Shown: piece by piece, positions 18,724 to 28,687 of the stretch
How positions within the stretch are numbered: the stretch's first letter is position 1
How the letters are laid out: each line of letters begins with the position of its first letter
Source of the DNA: a virus
Lineage: Duplodnaviria > Heunggongvirae > Uroviricota > Caudoviricetes
Length of the DNA stretch: 35,721 nt
Virus record (IMG/VR): IMGVR_UViG_2874956758_000001
Direction: 5' to 3' (one strand)
Notes under the pieces: model-generated
Told to the model about the DNA's origin: nothing
The model's input: the letters and a program-made list of their open reading frames with translations, nothing else
Database searches by the model: none
Made by a program: the position numbers and the translations under genes

Positions 18724-19246
18724 TTCGCGACTGCTGCCGACCGGCTCATCACCGCTTGAAGTCGTCGCCGCAAAAGCCTGTGCGGAAATTGAAAAAACGC
18801 CGGTCAGGATTCGTGAGCTGTGGAACCCGGACACCTGCCCGGCAAATTTGCTGCCGTGGCTGGCGTGGGCGTTTTCGGTCGACAGGTGGGATGAAAAGTG
18901 GCCGGAAGCGACAAAACGCGCCGTTATCCGCGATGCCTATTTCATCCACTGTCATAAGGGCACTATCGGCGCAATCCGGCGTGTGGTGGAGCCGCTCGGC
19001 TATCTCATCAACGTGACGGAGTGGTGGGAAAACAGTGACCCGCCAGGCACCTTCCGGCTTGATATTAGTGTACTGGAAAGTGGCATCACAGAGGCAATGT
19101 ATCAGGAAATGGAACGGCTGATTGCTGATGCCAAACCTGCAAGCCGCCACCTTATTGGCCTGAACATTACCCGGGATATTCCCGGCTACCTGTTCGCCGG
19201 TGGTGTGGCTTACGACGGCGATGTAATTACGGTTTACCCCGGATAA
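18716..19246 (+). CDS. I: Baseplate protein I
   Basis: 176 aa, the size and position of P2 gpI. Confidence 0.85.
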   Translation: MSDSRLLPTGSSPLEVVAAKACAEIEKTPVRIRELWNPDTCPANLLPWLAWAFSVDRWDEKWPEATKRAVIRDAYFIHCHKGTIGAIRRVVEPLGYLINVTEWWENSDPPGTFRLDISVLESGITEAMYQEMERLIADAKPASRHLIGLNITRDIPGYLFAGGVAYDGDVITVYPG

Positions 19247-19256
19247 GTGAGGAATA

Positions 19257-21446
19257 ATGAGCACAAAATTCAAAACCGTTATCACCACTGCCGGTGCAGC
19301 AAAGCTGGCAGCGGCAACCGCACCGGGAGGGCGGAAGGTCAACATTACCACGATGGCCGTCGGGGATGGCGGTGGTAAATTGCCTGTCCCGGATGCCGGA
19401 CAGACCGGGCTTATCCACGAAGTCTGGCGACATACGCTGAACAAAATCAGCCAGGACAAACGAAACAGTAATTATATTATCGCAGAGCTGGTTATTCCGC
19501 CGGAGGTGGGCGGTTTCTGGATGCGTGAGCTTGGCCTGTACGATGATGCGGGAACATTAATTGCCGTGGCGAACATGGCCGAAAGTTATAAGCCAGCTCT
19601 TGCCGAAGGCTCAGGGCGTTCGCAGACCTGTCGCATGGTCATCATCGTCAGCAGTGTGGCCTCAGTGGCGCTGACCATTGACACCACAACGGTGATGGCG
19701 ACGCAGGATTACGTTGATGACAAAATTGCAGAGCATGAACAGTCACGACGTCACCCGGACGCCTCGCTGACCGCAAAAGGTTTTACTCAGTTAAGCAGTG
19801 CGACCAACAGCACGTCTGAAACACTGGCCGCAACGCCGAAAGCGGTAAAGGCCGCCTATGACCTGGCTAACGGGAAATATACCGCACAGGACGCCACCAC
19901 AGCGCGAAAAGGTCTTGTCCAGCTCAGTAGCGTCACCAACAGTGATTCTGAAACGCTGGCTGCAACGCCAAAGGCGGTAAAGGCTGCGTATGACCTTGCT
20001 AACGGGAAATACACTGCACAGGATGCCACCACGGCGCGAAAAGGGCTTGTCCAGCTCAGTAGCGCCACCAACAGTGATTCTGAAACGCTGGCCGCAACAC
20101 CAAAAGCGGTGAAGTCTGCCTATGACAATGCTGAAAAACGTCTTCAGAAAGATCAGAATGGTGCGGATATTCCGGGAAAGGATACCTTCACGAAAAATAT
20201 CGGTGCCTGTCGTGCTTATAGCGGCGCTTTGAGCACTGAAGCCGGAAACTGGACAACCGCTCAGTTTATTGAATGGCTGGATTCCCGTGGTGCATTTAAT
20301 CATCCGTACTGGATGTGCAAAGGCTCCTGGTCATATGCAAATAACAAAATCATTACGGATACCGGATGTGGTGATATCCACCTGGCTGGTTGTGTCGTCG
20401 AGGTCATGGGAACTAAATCTGCAATCACTATCCGAGTGACCACGCCGACAACATCAAGCGGTGGCGGTACAACCAGCGCGCAATTCACTTACATTAATCA
20501 TGGGGACGGCTACTCCCCCGGCTGGCGTCGTGACTGGAATCGTCAGGGCGACTCAATGACCGGAACGATTAATCAGGATGGCGGAAGCCAGAATGCCTAT
20601 ATGTCTACGGCCTTATGTTCAGGCACCAGAGGCGGCAAAAAATATCTCAGAAAGTTTCGTGGTGGAGAAGGAGACACTATCTGGCATGAAACAGTACAGG
20701 GCGGGGTAGTTCGCTGGGCGACTGGTAATACTGATGCTCAGGAAGAATTATCACTCAGCTCCGCTTATGGTCTCCGTTCAAGAGGTGAGATTACATCAAG
20801 CAGTGCTAATGGTCTGCGCATTGCTTATGGCAATTATGGATTCTTTATCAGGAATGATGGCAGCAGCACTTATTTTATGTTGACTAAATCAGGTGACAGA
20901 TTAGGTACTTATAATAATTTAAGACCACTGATTATAAATGATGCCACGGGTGCTGTATCAATGGGGCATGGCCTGAGTGTTACTGGTGATATTGTCTCAA
21001 GTACCAAAGTACGTGCCGGTAGCGGGAAAAAGTTCACGGTCAGCAGCAGCAATACATCCACGAAGGAAGCTGCATTCAATTTGTGGGGAAACTCAAGTCG
21101 TCCGGTGGTGGCTGAATTAGGTGATGATGCAGGCTGGCATTTTTACAGTCAGAGAAATACAGATAACAGCATCACTTTTGCTGTTAACGGGCAGGTATCA
21201 CCATCTAACTATAGTAATTTTGATTCACGCTATGTCCGGGATATCCGGCTTGGTGGTGCTGCCACATACAAACCTGCGAACAATGGCATGACATGGACAC
21301 ATAAGGCACCGTCCGGGTGTGTATATTCCGGCATTATTGTTCAGGATACCGGCTCAAACTCTGCCGATAACATTGGTGGCGTATATTACAGACCGGTGCA
21401 GAAATACATTAACGGGACTTGGTATAACGGTAAGCGTACAGCCTGA
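19257..21446 (+). CDS. H: Tail fibre protein H, with internal tandem repeats and a C-terminus altered by IS66 insertion
   Basis: 729 aa; the N-terminal region is typical of P2-type fibres; the last codons (GKRTA, stop) lie inside the IS66 left inverted repeat. Confidence 0.85.
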   Translation: MSTKFKTVITTAGAAKLAAATAPGGRKVNITTMAVGDGGGKLPVPDAGQTGLIHEVWRHTLNKISQDKRNSNYIIAELVIPPEVGGFWMRELGLYDDAGTLIAVANMAESYKPALAEGSGRSQTCRMVIIVSSVASVALTIDTTTVMATQDYVDDKIAEHEQSRRHPDASLTAKGFTQLSSATNSTSETLAATPKAVKAAYDLANGKYTAQDATTARKGLVQLSSVTNSDSETLAATPKAVKAAYDLANGKYTAQDATTARKGLVQLSSATNSDSETLAATPKAVKSAYDNAEKRLQKDQNGADIPGKDTFTKNIGACRAYSGALSTEAGNWTTAQFIEWLDSRGAFNHPYWMCKGSWSYANNKIITDTGCGDIHLAGCVVEVMGTKSAITIRVTTPTTSSGGGTTSAQFTYINHGDGYSPGWRRDWNRQGDSMTGTINQDGGSQNAYMSTALCSGTRGGKKYLRKFRGGEGDTIWHETVQGGVVRWATGNTDAQEELSLSSAYGLRSRGEITSSSANGLRIAYGNYGFFIRNDGSSTYFMLTKSGDRLGTYNNLRPLIINDATGAVSMGHGLSVTGDIVSSTKVRAGSGKKFTVSSSNTSTKEAAFNLWGNSSRPVVAELGDDAGWHFYSQRNTDNSITFAVNGQVSPSNYSNFDSRYVRDIRLGGAATYKPANNGMTWTHKAPSGCVYSGIIVQDTGSNSADNIGGVYYRPVQKYINGTWYNGKRTA
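19775..20135 (+). repeat. About three tandem copies of a ~120-bp (40 aa) unit inside H (motif SETLAATPKAVKAAYDLANGKYTAQDATTARKGLVQLSS)
   Basis: Near-identical protein and DNA repeats seen directly; this is a common phage tail-fibre repeat motif. Confidence 0.8.
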
Positions 21447-21499
21447 ACCGTCTGGTCAGAATCTGACGAATTAGACAAAGTGGTGTCCACCAATAAGTA

Positions 21500-21901
21500 G
21501 TGGGAACCAAAGTGTCAGATATGCAGAAAAATGTGACTCCCGGCAGGCGAAAAGGCTGCCCTAATTATCCTCCCGAATTTAAACAGCAGCTCGTTGCTGC
21601 CTCCTGTGAACCCGGGATATCCATCTCAAAACTTGCTCTTGAAAATGGCATTAACGCCAATCTGTTGTTCAAATGGCGACAACAATGGCGCGAGGGAAAG
21701 CTGCTATTACCTTCTTCAGAGAGCCCCCAGCTACTTCCTGTGACTCTCGATGCAGCTGCCGAACAGCCAGAATCGCTCGCAGAGGACCCGGAAACCCTCA
21801 GTATCAGCTGTGAGGTAACGTTCCGGCACGGGACGCTCCGCTTCAATGGCAATGTCAGCGAAAAGCTCCTGACTCTGCTGATACAGGAACTGAAGCGATG
21901 A
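21500..21901 (+). CDS. tnpA: IS66-family accessory protein TnpA (HTH)
   Basis: 133-aa first ORF of the element; exact start uncertain. Confidence 0.7.
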   Translation: MGTKVSDMQKNVTPGRRKGCPNYPPEFKQQLVAASCEPGISISKLALENGINANLLFKWRQQWREGKLLLPSSESPQLLPVTLDAAAEQPESLAEDPETLSISCEVTFRHGTLRFNGNVSEKLLTLLIQELKR

Positions 21902-22245
21902 TCCCGTTACCTTCCGGGACCAAAATTTGGCTGGTTGCCGGTATCACCGATATGAGAAATGGCTTCAACGGTCTGGCTGCGAAAGTACAGACGGCGCTGA
22001 AAGACGATCCCATGTCCGGCCATGTTTTCATTTTCCGGGGCCGCAGCGGCAGTCAGGTTAAACTGCTGTGGTCCACCGGTGACGGACTGTGCCTCCTGAC
22101 CAAACGGCTGGAGCGTGGGCGCTTCGCCTGGCCGTCAGCCCGTGATGGCAAAGTGTTCCTTACGCAGGCGCAGCTGGCGATGCTGCTGGAAGGTATCGAC
22201 TGGCGACAGCCTAAGCGGCTGCTGACCTCCCTGACCATGCTGTAA
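21898..22245 (+). CDS. tnpB: IS66-family Orf2 / TnpB
   Basis: 115 aa; start overlaps the tnpA stop; conserved IS66 Orf2-like sequence ([11 protein letters not shown]...[24 protein letters not shown]). Confidence 0.8.
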   Translation: MIPLPSGTKIWLVAGITDMRNGFNGLAAKVQTALKDDPMSGHVFIFRGRSGSQVKLLWSTGDGLCLLTKRLERGRFAWPSARDGKVFLTQAQLAMLLEGIDWRQPKRLLTSLTML

Positions 22246-22294
22246 ATCTCTTTATCCTGGTTGTCACAGAATAAGCCCGGTAAAATACGGGCTT

Positions 22295-23827
22295 ATGAAC
22301 GACATCTCTTCTGACGACATCTTCCTGCTGAAACAGCGCCTGGCCGAACAGGAGATCCACGCCCTGCAGGAAAAGCTGAGCAACCGGGAGCGCGAAATAG
22401 ACCATCTGCAGGCGCAGCTGGATAAACTCCGCCGGATGAACTTCGGCAGTCGTTCCGAAAAAGTCTCCCGCCGTATCGCACAAATGGAAGCCGATCTGAA
22501 CCGGCTTCAGAAAGAGAGCGATACGCTGACTGGTAGGGTGTATGACCCGGCAGTACAGCGTCCGTTGCGTCAGACCCGCACCCGTAAGCCGTTCCCTGAA
22601 TCACTACCCCGTGACGAAAAGCGACTGTTGCCTGCGGCGCCGTGCTGCCCGAACTGCGGCGGTTCACTGAGCTATCTGGGCGAGGATACCGCCGAACAGC
22701 TGGAGTTGATGCGTAGTGCCTTCCGGGTTATCCGGACGGTACGGGAAAAACATGCCTGTACTCAGTGCGATGCCATCGTGCAGGCACCTGCACCTTCGCG
22801 GCCCATCGAGCGGGGTATCGCCGGACCGGGGCTGCTGGCCCGCGTGCTGACCTCGAAGTATGCAGAGCACACCCCGCTGTATCGCCAGTCAGAAATATAC
22901 GGCCGGCAAGGTGTGAAGCTGAGCCGTTCACTGCTGTCGGGCTGGGTGGATGCATGCTGCCGGCTGCTGTCTCCGCTGGAAGAGGCGCTTCATGGCTATG
23001 TCATGACTGACGGCAAACTCCATGCTGATGATACCCCGGTCCAGGTACTGATGCCGGGTAATAAGAAGACGAAGACCGGGCGGTTGTGGGCGTATGTTCG
23101 TGATGACCGCAATGCCGGGTCAGCGTTGGCACCTGCAGTGTGGTTCGCTTACAGCCCGGACAGAAAAGGCATCCATCCGCAGACTCATCTTGCTTGCTTC
23201 AGCGGTGTGCTGCAAGCGGATGCGTACGCCGGGTTCAACGAGCTGTACCGCAATGGTGGGATAACGGAAGCTGCCTGCTGGGCTCATGCCCGCCGAAAGA
23301 TCCACGATGTGCACGTCCGCATCCCGTCAGCACTGACGGAAGAAGCCCTGGAGCAGCTCGGTCAGTTGTACGCCATAGAGGCGGATATAAGGGGAATGCC
23401 GGCAGAGCAGCGGCTTGCTGAACGTCAGCGAAAAACGAAACCGCTGTTGAAATCCCTGGAAAGCTGGTTGCGTGAAAAGATGAAGACCCTGTCGCGACAC
23501 TCAGAGTTGGCGAAGGCGTTCGCGTACGCACTTAACCAGTGGCCGGCACTGACGTACTATGCGAACGATGGCTGGGTGGAAATCGACAACAACATCGCTG
23601 AAAATGCCCTGCGGGCGGTCAGTCTGGGTCGTAAAAACTTCCTGTTCTTCGGCTCTGACCATGGTGGTGAGCGGGGAGCGCTACTGTACAGCCTGATCGG
23701 GACGTGCAAACTGAATGACGTGGATCCAGAAAGCTACCTTCGCCATGTGCTTGGCGTCATAGCAGACTGGCCGGTCAACCGGGTCAGCGAACTGCTTCCG
23801 TGGCGCATAGCACTGCCAGCTGAATAA
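22295..23827 (+). CDS. tnpC: IS66-family transposase TnpC
   Basis: 510 aa; N-terminal coiled coil, Cys cluster (CPNCG...CTQC), DDE-type core; ends just inside the right inverted repeat. Confidence 0.85.
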   Translation: MNDISSDDIFLLKQRLAEQEIHALQEKLSNREREIDHLQAQLDKLRRMNFGSRSEKVSRRIAQMEADLNRLQKESDTLTGRVYDPAVQRPLRQTRTRKPFPESLPRDEKRLLPAAPCCPNCGGSLSYLGEDTAEQLELMRSAFRVIRTVREKHACTQCDAIVQAPAPSRPIERGIAGPGLLARVLTSKYAEHTPLYRQSEIYGRQGVKLSRSLLSGWVDACCRLLSPLEEALHGYVMTDGKLHADDTPVQVLMPGNKKTKTGRLWAYVRDDRNAGSALAPAVWFAYSPDRKGIHPQTHLACFSGVLQADAYAGFNELYRNGGITEAACWAHARRKIHDVHVRIPSALTEEALEQLGQLYAIEADIRGMPAEQRLAERQRKTKPLLKSLESWLREKMKTLSRHSELAKAFAYALNQWPALTYYANDGWVEIDNNIAENALRAVSLGRKNFLFFGSDHGGERGALLYSLIGTCKLNDVDPESYLRHVLGVIADWPVNRVSELLPWRIALPAE

Positions 23828-23889
23828 CACATCCCCGTCAATACGGCCCTCGCTGTACGCTTACGTATAACGTGGCGCAGGTATAATTT

Positions 23890-24417
23890 ATGCAGCATTT
23901 GATAAATATAACGGCAGGTAATCCAAAAACGGTTGAACAATATCAATTGACAAAGGACTTTGATGTTGTCTGGTTTTTTTCAGAAGATGGTAAGAACTGG
24001 TACGAAGAACAAAAGTATTTTGCTGATGACACGATAAAAATAGCGTGCGACAAAGATAATATTATCCGCTATGTGGAAAAGGATGTGACAGCTATCAGAC
24101 CGGATGGATTAAGTGTTGTTGAAGTGCCGGATATTACTGCTAACCGACGGGCGGACATTTCAGGGAACTGGATGTTTAAGGACGGTACAGTGATTAAACG
24201 CATTTATACGGCAGAGGAATTGCAGCAGCAGGCAGAAAATCGGAAAGCCAGACTTCTTGCAGATGCTGAATCCGTGATTTTGCCGCTGGAGCGCGCTGTC
24301 AGGCTGAATATGGCAACAGATGAGGAGCGCAGTCGACTGGAGGCATGGGAACGCTACAGTGTTCTGGTCAGTCGTGTGGATCCTGCAAATCCTGAATGGC
24401 CGGAAATGCCGCAATAA
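23890..24417 (+). CDS. G: Tail fibre assembly chaperone
   Basis: 175 aa, the size of P2 gpG; now separated from H by the IS66 element. Confidence 0.8.
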   Translation: MQHLINITAGNPKTVEQYQLTKDFDVVWFFSEDGKNWYEEQKYFADDTIKIACDKDNIIRYVEKDVTAIRPDGLSVVEVPDITANRRADISGNWMFKDGTVIKRIYTAEELQQQAENRKARLLADAESVILPLERAVRLNMATDEERSRLEAWERYSVLVSRVDPANPEWPEMPQ

Positions 24418-24509
24418 GTTGTATGAGCTTACATATCTATTGCGTAGAGTAAAGCATAATCTGACAGTCCGCTCTGTGCCAGAAGCGGACATAGCAGGTG
24501 GATTTGCCC

Positions 24510-25415
24510 CTATATTTCCAGACATCTGTTATCACTTAACCCATTACAAGCCCGCTGCCGCAGATATTCCCGTGGCGAGCGATAACCCAGCGCACTATGC
24601 GGATGCCATTCGTTATAATGCTCGAACGCCTCTGCAAGGTTCTTTGCTGCCGTTAACCCGTCTGGTTTGGGCATGATACTGATGTAGTCACGCTTTATCG
24701 TTTTCACGAAGCTCTCTGCTATTCCGTTACTCTCCGGACTCCGCACCGCCGTGTTCTTCGGTTCAAGTCCCAACATCCGGGCGAACTGGCGTGTTTCATT
24801 AGCCCGGTAGCATGAACCATTATCCGTCAGCCACTCCACTGGAGACGACGGAAGATCGTTGCCGAAGCGGCGTTCCACCGCTCCCAGCATGACGTCCTGT
24901 ACTGTTTCACTGTTGAAGCCGCCGGTAGTCACCGCCCAGTGCAGTGCCTCACGATCACAGCAGTCCAGCGCGAACGTGACACGCAGTCTCTCTCCGTTAT
25001 CACAGCAGAACTCGAACCCGTCAGAGCACCATCGCTGATTGCTTTCTTTCACGGCCACTCTGCCTGTATGTGCCCGTTTCGATGGCGGTACAGCAGGTTT
25101 TCGCTCAAGCAACAGCGCATTCTGGCGCATGATCCGGTAAACACGTTTGGCATTGATCGCAGGCATACCATCAAGTTCTGCCTGTCTGCGAAGCAGCGCC
25201 CATACCCGACGATAACCATACGTGGGCAGCTCTCCGATAACATGGTGTATACGGAGAAGCACATCCGTATCATCAGTGTGACGACTGCGGCGGCCATCCA
25301 TCCAGTCATCGGTTCGTCTGAGAATGACGTGCAACTGCGCACGCGACACCCGGAGACAACGGCTGACTAAGCTTACTCCCCATCCCCGGGCAATAAGGGC
25401 GCGTGCGCTATCCAC
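24510..25415 (-). CDS. insD: IS2 transposase OrfB (DDE integrase-like); expressed as an InsCD fusion by -1 frameshift
   Basis: 301 aa, recognised as IS2 InsD. Confidence 0.9.
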
Positions 25416-25738
25416 TTTTTTGCCCGTCCATATTCAACGGCTTCTTTGAGGAGTTCATTTTCCATCGTTTTCTTGCCGAGCAGGCGCTGGAGTTCTTTAA
25501 TCTGCTTCATGGCGGCAGCAAGTTGAGAGGCAGGAACAACCTGTTCTCCGGCGGCCACAGCAGTAAGACTTCCTTCCTGGTATTGCTTACGCCAGAGAAA
25601 TAACTGGCTGGCTGCTACACCATGTTGCCGGGCAACGAGGGAGACCGTCATCCCCGGTTCAAAGCTCTGCTGAACAATTGCGATCTTTTCCTGTGTGGTA
25701 CGCCGTCTGCGTTTCTCCGGCCCTAAGACATCAATCAT
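25373..25738 (-). CDS. insC: IS2 OrfA (HTH regulator)
   Basis: 121 aa from [13 protein letters not shown]; overlaps the insD start. Confidence 0.9.
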
Positions 25739-25901
25739 CTGTTCTCCAATGACTAGTCTAAAAACTAGTATTAAGACTATCACTTATTTAAGTGATACTG
25801 GTTGTCTGGAGATTCAGGGGGCCAGTCTAGCAGGTGCCAGATGCATTTGTTATTCTTCATTGAATTGAGCAGTATCCTTAACAGGAACTCTGAATACATA
25901 A

Positions 25902-26540
25902 ATGAAGATGAAAAACATGTCTGAAGTGTTGACCCAAGAAAAGCTTATTTTTGTTGCCCAGAGACTAAAGGCCCTCGCGCAGTCAGGCCTGACCTATTCA
26001 AAAGACGTCTTTGACAAGGAACGCTATGAAGCCTTGCGTGAAATTGCCGCTGGACTGCTGAGTTCGCAGTTTGATATTAGCCGCAATGATTTGTTTCATG
26101 TATCGGAAACGGGTTACGCGACGCCCAAAACAGATGTGCGTGCGTTTATCCTGCGTAATAATCGTATTCTGATGGTGAAAGAGGCTGCAGATGGATTATG
26201 GAGTCTTCCTGGCGGATGGGCAGATGTTGGAGATACACCTTCTGAAGCTGTGCGTCGAGAGGTCGAAGAAGAAACCGGATTAAAAGTCAGAGTGACTAAA
26301 CTATTGGGAGTTTGGGATCGTAATCTTCACGGCCATCCGCCTTTACCCTGGCATGTTTACAAGCTGATTTTTCTCTGTGAAGAAGTAGGTGGCAGCCTGT
26401 CAATCAGCCATGAGTCACTCGATGCTGATTTTTTTGATGTCAACGACCTGCCTGAATTGTCGCTTTCAAGAATTGTGCCTGAGCAGATTGCTGTCAGCCT
26501 GAGAGTAGCGAAAGGTGATGAAAAAACATGGTTTGATTAA
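25902..26540 (+). CDS. NUDIX hydrolase with an N-terminal helical extension
   Basis: NUDIX box GGWADVGDTPSEAVRREVEEETG (Gx5Ex7REUxEExGU pattern) in the C-terminal half of a 212-aa protein; first gene of a two-gene cassette in the G-FI variable locus. Confidence 0.8.
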   Translation: MKMKNMSEVLTQEKLIFVAQRLKALAQSGLTYSKDVFDKERYEALREIAAGLLSSQFDISRNDLFHVSETGYATPKTDVRAFILRNNRILMVKEAADGLWSLPGGWADVGDTPSEAVRREVEEETGLKVRVTKLLGVWDRNLHGHPPLPWHVYKLIFLCEEVGGSLSISHESLDADFFDVNDLPELSLSRIVPEQIAVSLRVAKGDEKTWFD

Positions 26541-26563
26541 CTTTCTTCTGCAACCATTAAGGA

Positions 26564-27208
26564 ATGGCAATGATATTCAACGCTAAGGGTTTTTTATTCG
26601 ATATGGACGGTACGCTGGTTGATTCAACAGCCGTAGTGGAAAGCGTCTGGAGAGATTTTTGTGCAGAATACGGTCTTGATTCTCAGGCTGTGATTGCTTA
26701 CGCACACGGGCGGCAAACGATTGATACACTAACGCATTTTATTGGTGCAGGTGAGAAAACCAATAAAATCGCGGCCTCACTCGAAGAGGTTGAAATCAAC
26801 ACGACAGAAGGCGTTACTGAAGTAAAAGGGGCCGCTGCACTCTTATCAAAACTGCCACCGGATAGCTGGGCACTTGTCACTTCTGCAGGCAGAATGCTTG
26901 CCGAAAACAGGATGAAAGCGGCTAATCTCCCCTTACCCATAGTAATGGTGTGTGCAGAAGATGTAATGACGGGAAAACCAAGTCCCGAGGGTTACATCAA
27001 AGCAGCTTTGGCTTTGGGCCTTGAGCCTGGTGAATGCGTGGTATTTGAGGATGCATCTGCGGGTATAAAAGCAGGGCTGGCAAGTGGAGCTTCGGTAATA
27101 GCTGTTCAGCCTGACGCTCTGGGATCATCTGAAGCCCATGCCGTCAGCGAACTGTCTGACATTATGGTCAAGATTTCCGGAGAACGTTTCAATATCATCT
27201 GTGGTTAA
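26564..27208 (+). CDS. HAD-superfamily hydrolase (subfamily IA phosphatase / beta-phosphoglucomutase-like)
   Basis: HAD motif I FDMDGTLVDS, motif II LVTSAG, motif IV FEDASAGIKAG; 23 bp downstream of the NUDIX gene. True start may be the second ATG at 26570. Confidence 0.8.
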   Translation: MAMIFNAKGFLFDMDGTLVDSTAVVESVWRDFCAEYGLDSQAVIAYAHGRQTIDTLTHFIGAGEKTNKIAASLEEVEINTTEGVTEVKGAAALLSKLPPDSWALVTSAGRMLAENRMKAANLPLPIVMVCAEDVMTGKPSPEGYIKAALALGLEPGECVVFEDASAGIKAGLASGASVIAVQPDALGSSEAHAVSELSDIMVKISGERFNIICG

Positions 27209-27360
27209 TCACGTTACACAATACGCATCAATGGACGCTGAGTAGTTCGCGAGTTTTAAACTTCCAACGTCCGCTTTTCGCTCCAAGCAGACTGTCAGAT
27301 TTGATAGCGTTTTGGCTATGTAAATTGTCAGTCGGAAAATGAGTGAATACAAATCAGGAC

Positions 27361-27390
27361 AGGCGGGCTGATTGCCCGCCTTTTCTTTAT
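27361..27390 (+). terminator. Rho-independent terminator after the NUDIX-HAD cassette
   Basis: GGCGGGC-TGATT-GCCCGCC hairpin followed by TTTTCTTTAT. Confidence 0.6.
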
Positions 27391-27484
27391 CTGTTGTTTC
27401 ATCCCCTGACCAGCCAGGTCAAATAGCGTCTCATGCTCTGCACAACAGAAAATAGTTGCACCCATTAACCACGGAGTTAAACGG

Positions 27485-28675
27485 ATGAGTGACTATCATC
27501 ACGGCGTGCAGGTGCTGGAGATTAACGACGGCACCCGCGTCATTTCCACCGTATCCACTGCCATTGTCGGCATGGTCTGCACGGCCAGCGATGCGGATGC
27601 GGAAACCTTTCCCCTCAATAAACCTGTGCTGATTACCAATGTGCAGAGCGCAATTGCAAAGGCCGGTAAAAAAGGCACGCTGGCGGCGTCGCTGCAGGCC
27701 ATCGCCGACCAGTCAAAACCGGTCACCGTTGTTGTGCGCGTGGAAGACGGCACCGGCGACGACGAGGAAACGAAACTTGCGCAGACCGTTTCCAATATCA
27801 TCGGCACCACCGACGAAAACGGTCAGTACACCGGACTGAAAGCCCTGCTGGCGGCGGAGTCAGTAACCGGTGTTAAACCGCGTATTCTCGGCGTGCCGGG
27901 ACTGGACACCAAAGAGGTGGCTGTTGCACTGGCATCAGTCTGTCAGAAGCTGCGCGCTTTCGGGTATATCAGCGCATGGGGCTGTAAGACCATTTCCGAG
28001 GTGAAAGCCTACCGCCAGAATTTCAGCCAGCGTGAGCTGATGGTCATCTGGCCGGATTTCCTCGCATGGGATACGGTCACCAGTACCACCGCCACCGCGT
28101 ATGCCACCGCCCGTGCGCTGGGGCTGCGTGCCAGAATCGACCAGGAGCAGGGCTGGCATAAAACGTTGTCCAACGTCGGGGTAAATGGTGTTACCGGCAT
28201 CAGCGCATCTGTATTCTGGGATTTGCAGGAGTCCGGTACCGATGCTGACCTGCTTAACGAGTCAGGCGTCACTACGCTGATTCGCCGCGACGGTTTCCGC
28301 TTCTGGGGTAACCGTACCTGCTCTGATGACCCGCTGTTCCTCTTTGAAAACTACACCCGCACCGCGCAGGTGCTGGCCGACACGATGGCTGAGGCGCACA
28401 TGTGGGCGGTGGACAAGCCCATCACCGCAACGCTGATTCGCGACATCGTTGACGGCATCAATGCCAAATTTCGTGAGCTGAAAACAAACGGCTATATCGT
28501 GGATGCGACCTGCTGGTTCAGCGAAGAATCCAACGATGCGGAAACTCTTAAGGCCGGAAAACTGTATATCGACTACGACTATACCCCGGTTCCTCCTCTT
28601 GAAAACCTGACCCTGCGCCAGCGTATTACCGATAAATACCTGGCAAATCTGGTCACCTCGGTTAACAGCAATTAA
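27485..28675 (+). CDS. FI: Tail sheath protein
   Basis: 396 aa, the size and position of P2 gpFI. Confidence 0.9.
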   Translation: MSDYHHGVQVLEINDGTRVISTVSTAIVGMVCTASDADAETFPLNKPVLITNVQSAIAKAGKKGTLAASLQAIADQSKPVTVVVRVEDGTGDDEETKLAQTVSNIIGTTDENGQYTGLKALLAAESVTGVKPRILGVPGLDTKEVAVALASVCQKLRAFGYISAWGCKTISEVKAYRQNFSQRELMVIWPDFLAWDTVTSTTATAYATARALGLRARIDQEQGWHKTLSNVGVNGVTGISASVFWDLQESGTDADLLNESGVTTLIRRDGFRFWGNRTCSDDPLFLFENYTRTAQVLADTMAEAHMWAVDKPITATLIRDIVDGINAKFRELKTNGYIVDATCWFSEESNDAETLKAGKLYIDYDYTPVPPLENLTLRQRITDKYLANLVTSVNSN

Positions 28676-28687
28676 GGAGCCTGACCG

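Larger units (their letters stand above)
21430..23864 (+). mobile_element. IS66-family insertion sequence (2435 bp) with 8-bp target-site duplication GTATAACG at 21422-21429 and 23865-23872
   Basis: Terminal inverted repeats GTAAGCGTACAGC at 21430-21442 and its complement at 23852-23864; identical 8-bp direct repeats flank the element; three-ORF tnpA-tnpB-tnpC layout inside. Confidence 0.85.
24499..25829 (-). mobile_element. IS2 (IS3 family), 1331 bp, with 5-bp target-site duplication GCAGG at 24494-24498 and 25830-25834
   Basis: Ends TGGATTTGCCCCTATATTTCCAGACATCTGTTATCACTTAACCC at 24499 and ...GGGGGCCAGTCTA at 25829; length 1331 bp; insC/insD on the minus strand; identical 5-bp direct repeats flank it. 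Confidence 0.92.

Noticed and set aside
19791-20303. 170-aa minus-strand ORF and the repeated DNA beneath it
   Set aside because: Antisense to the tandem-repeat region of H. The repeats are in-frame coding repeats of about 120 bp with no spacer/repeat architecture, so this is not a CRISPR array or a separate gene.
24320-24676. 118-aa plus-strand ORF spanning the end of G into IS2
   Set aside because: Crosses the IS2 terminal repeat and overlaps insD antisense; an artefact of the insertion junction.
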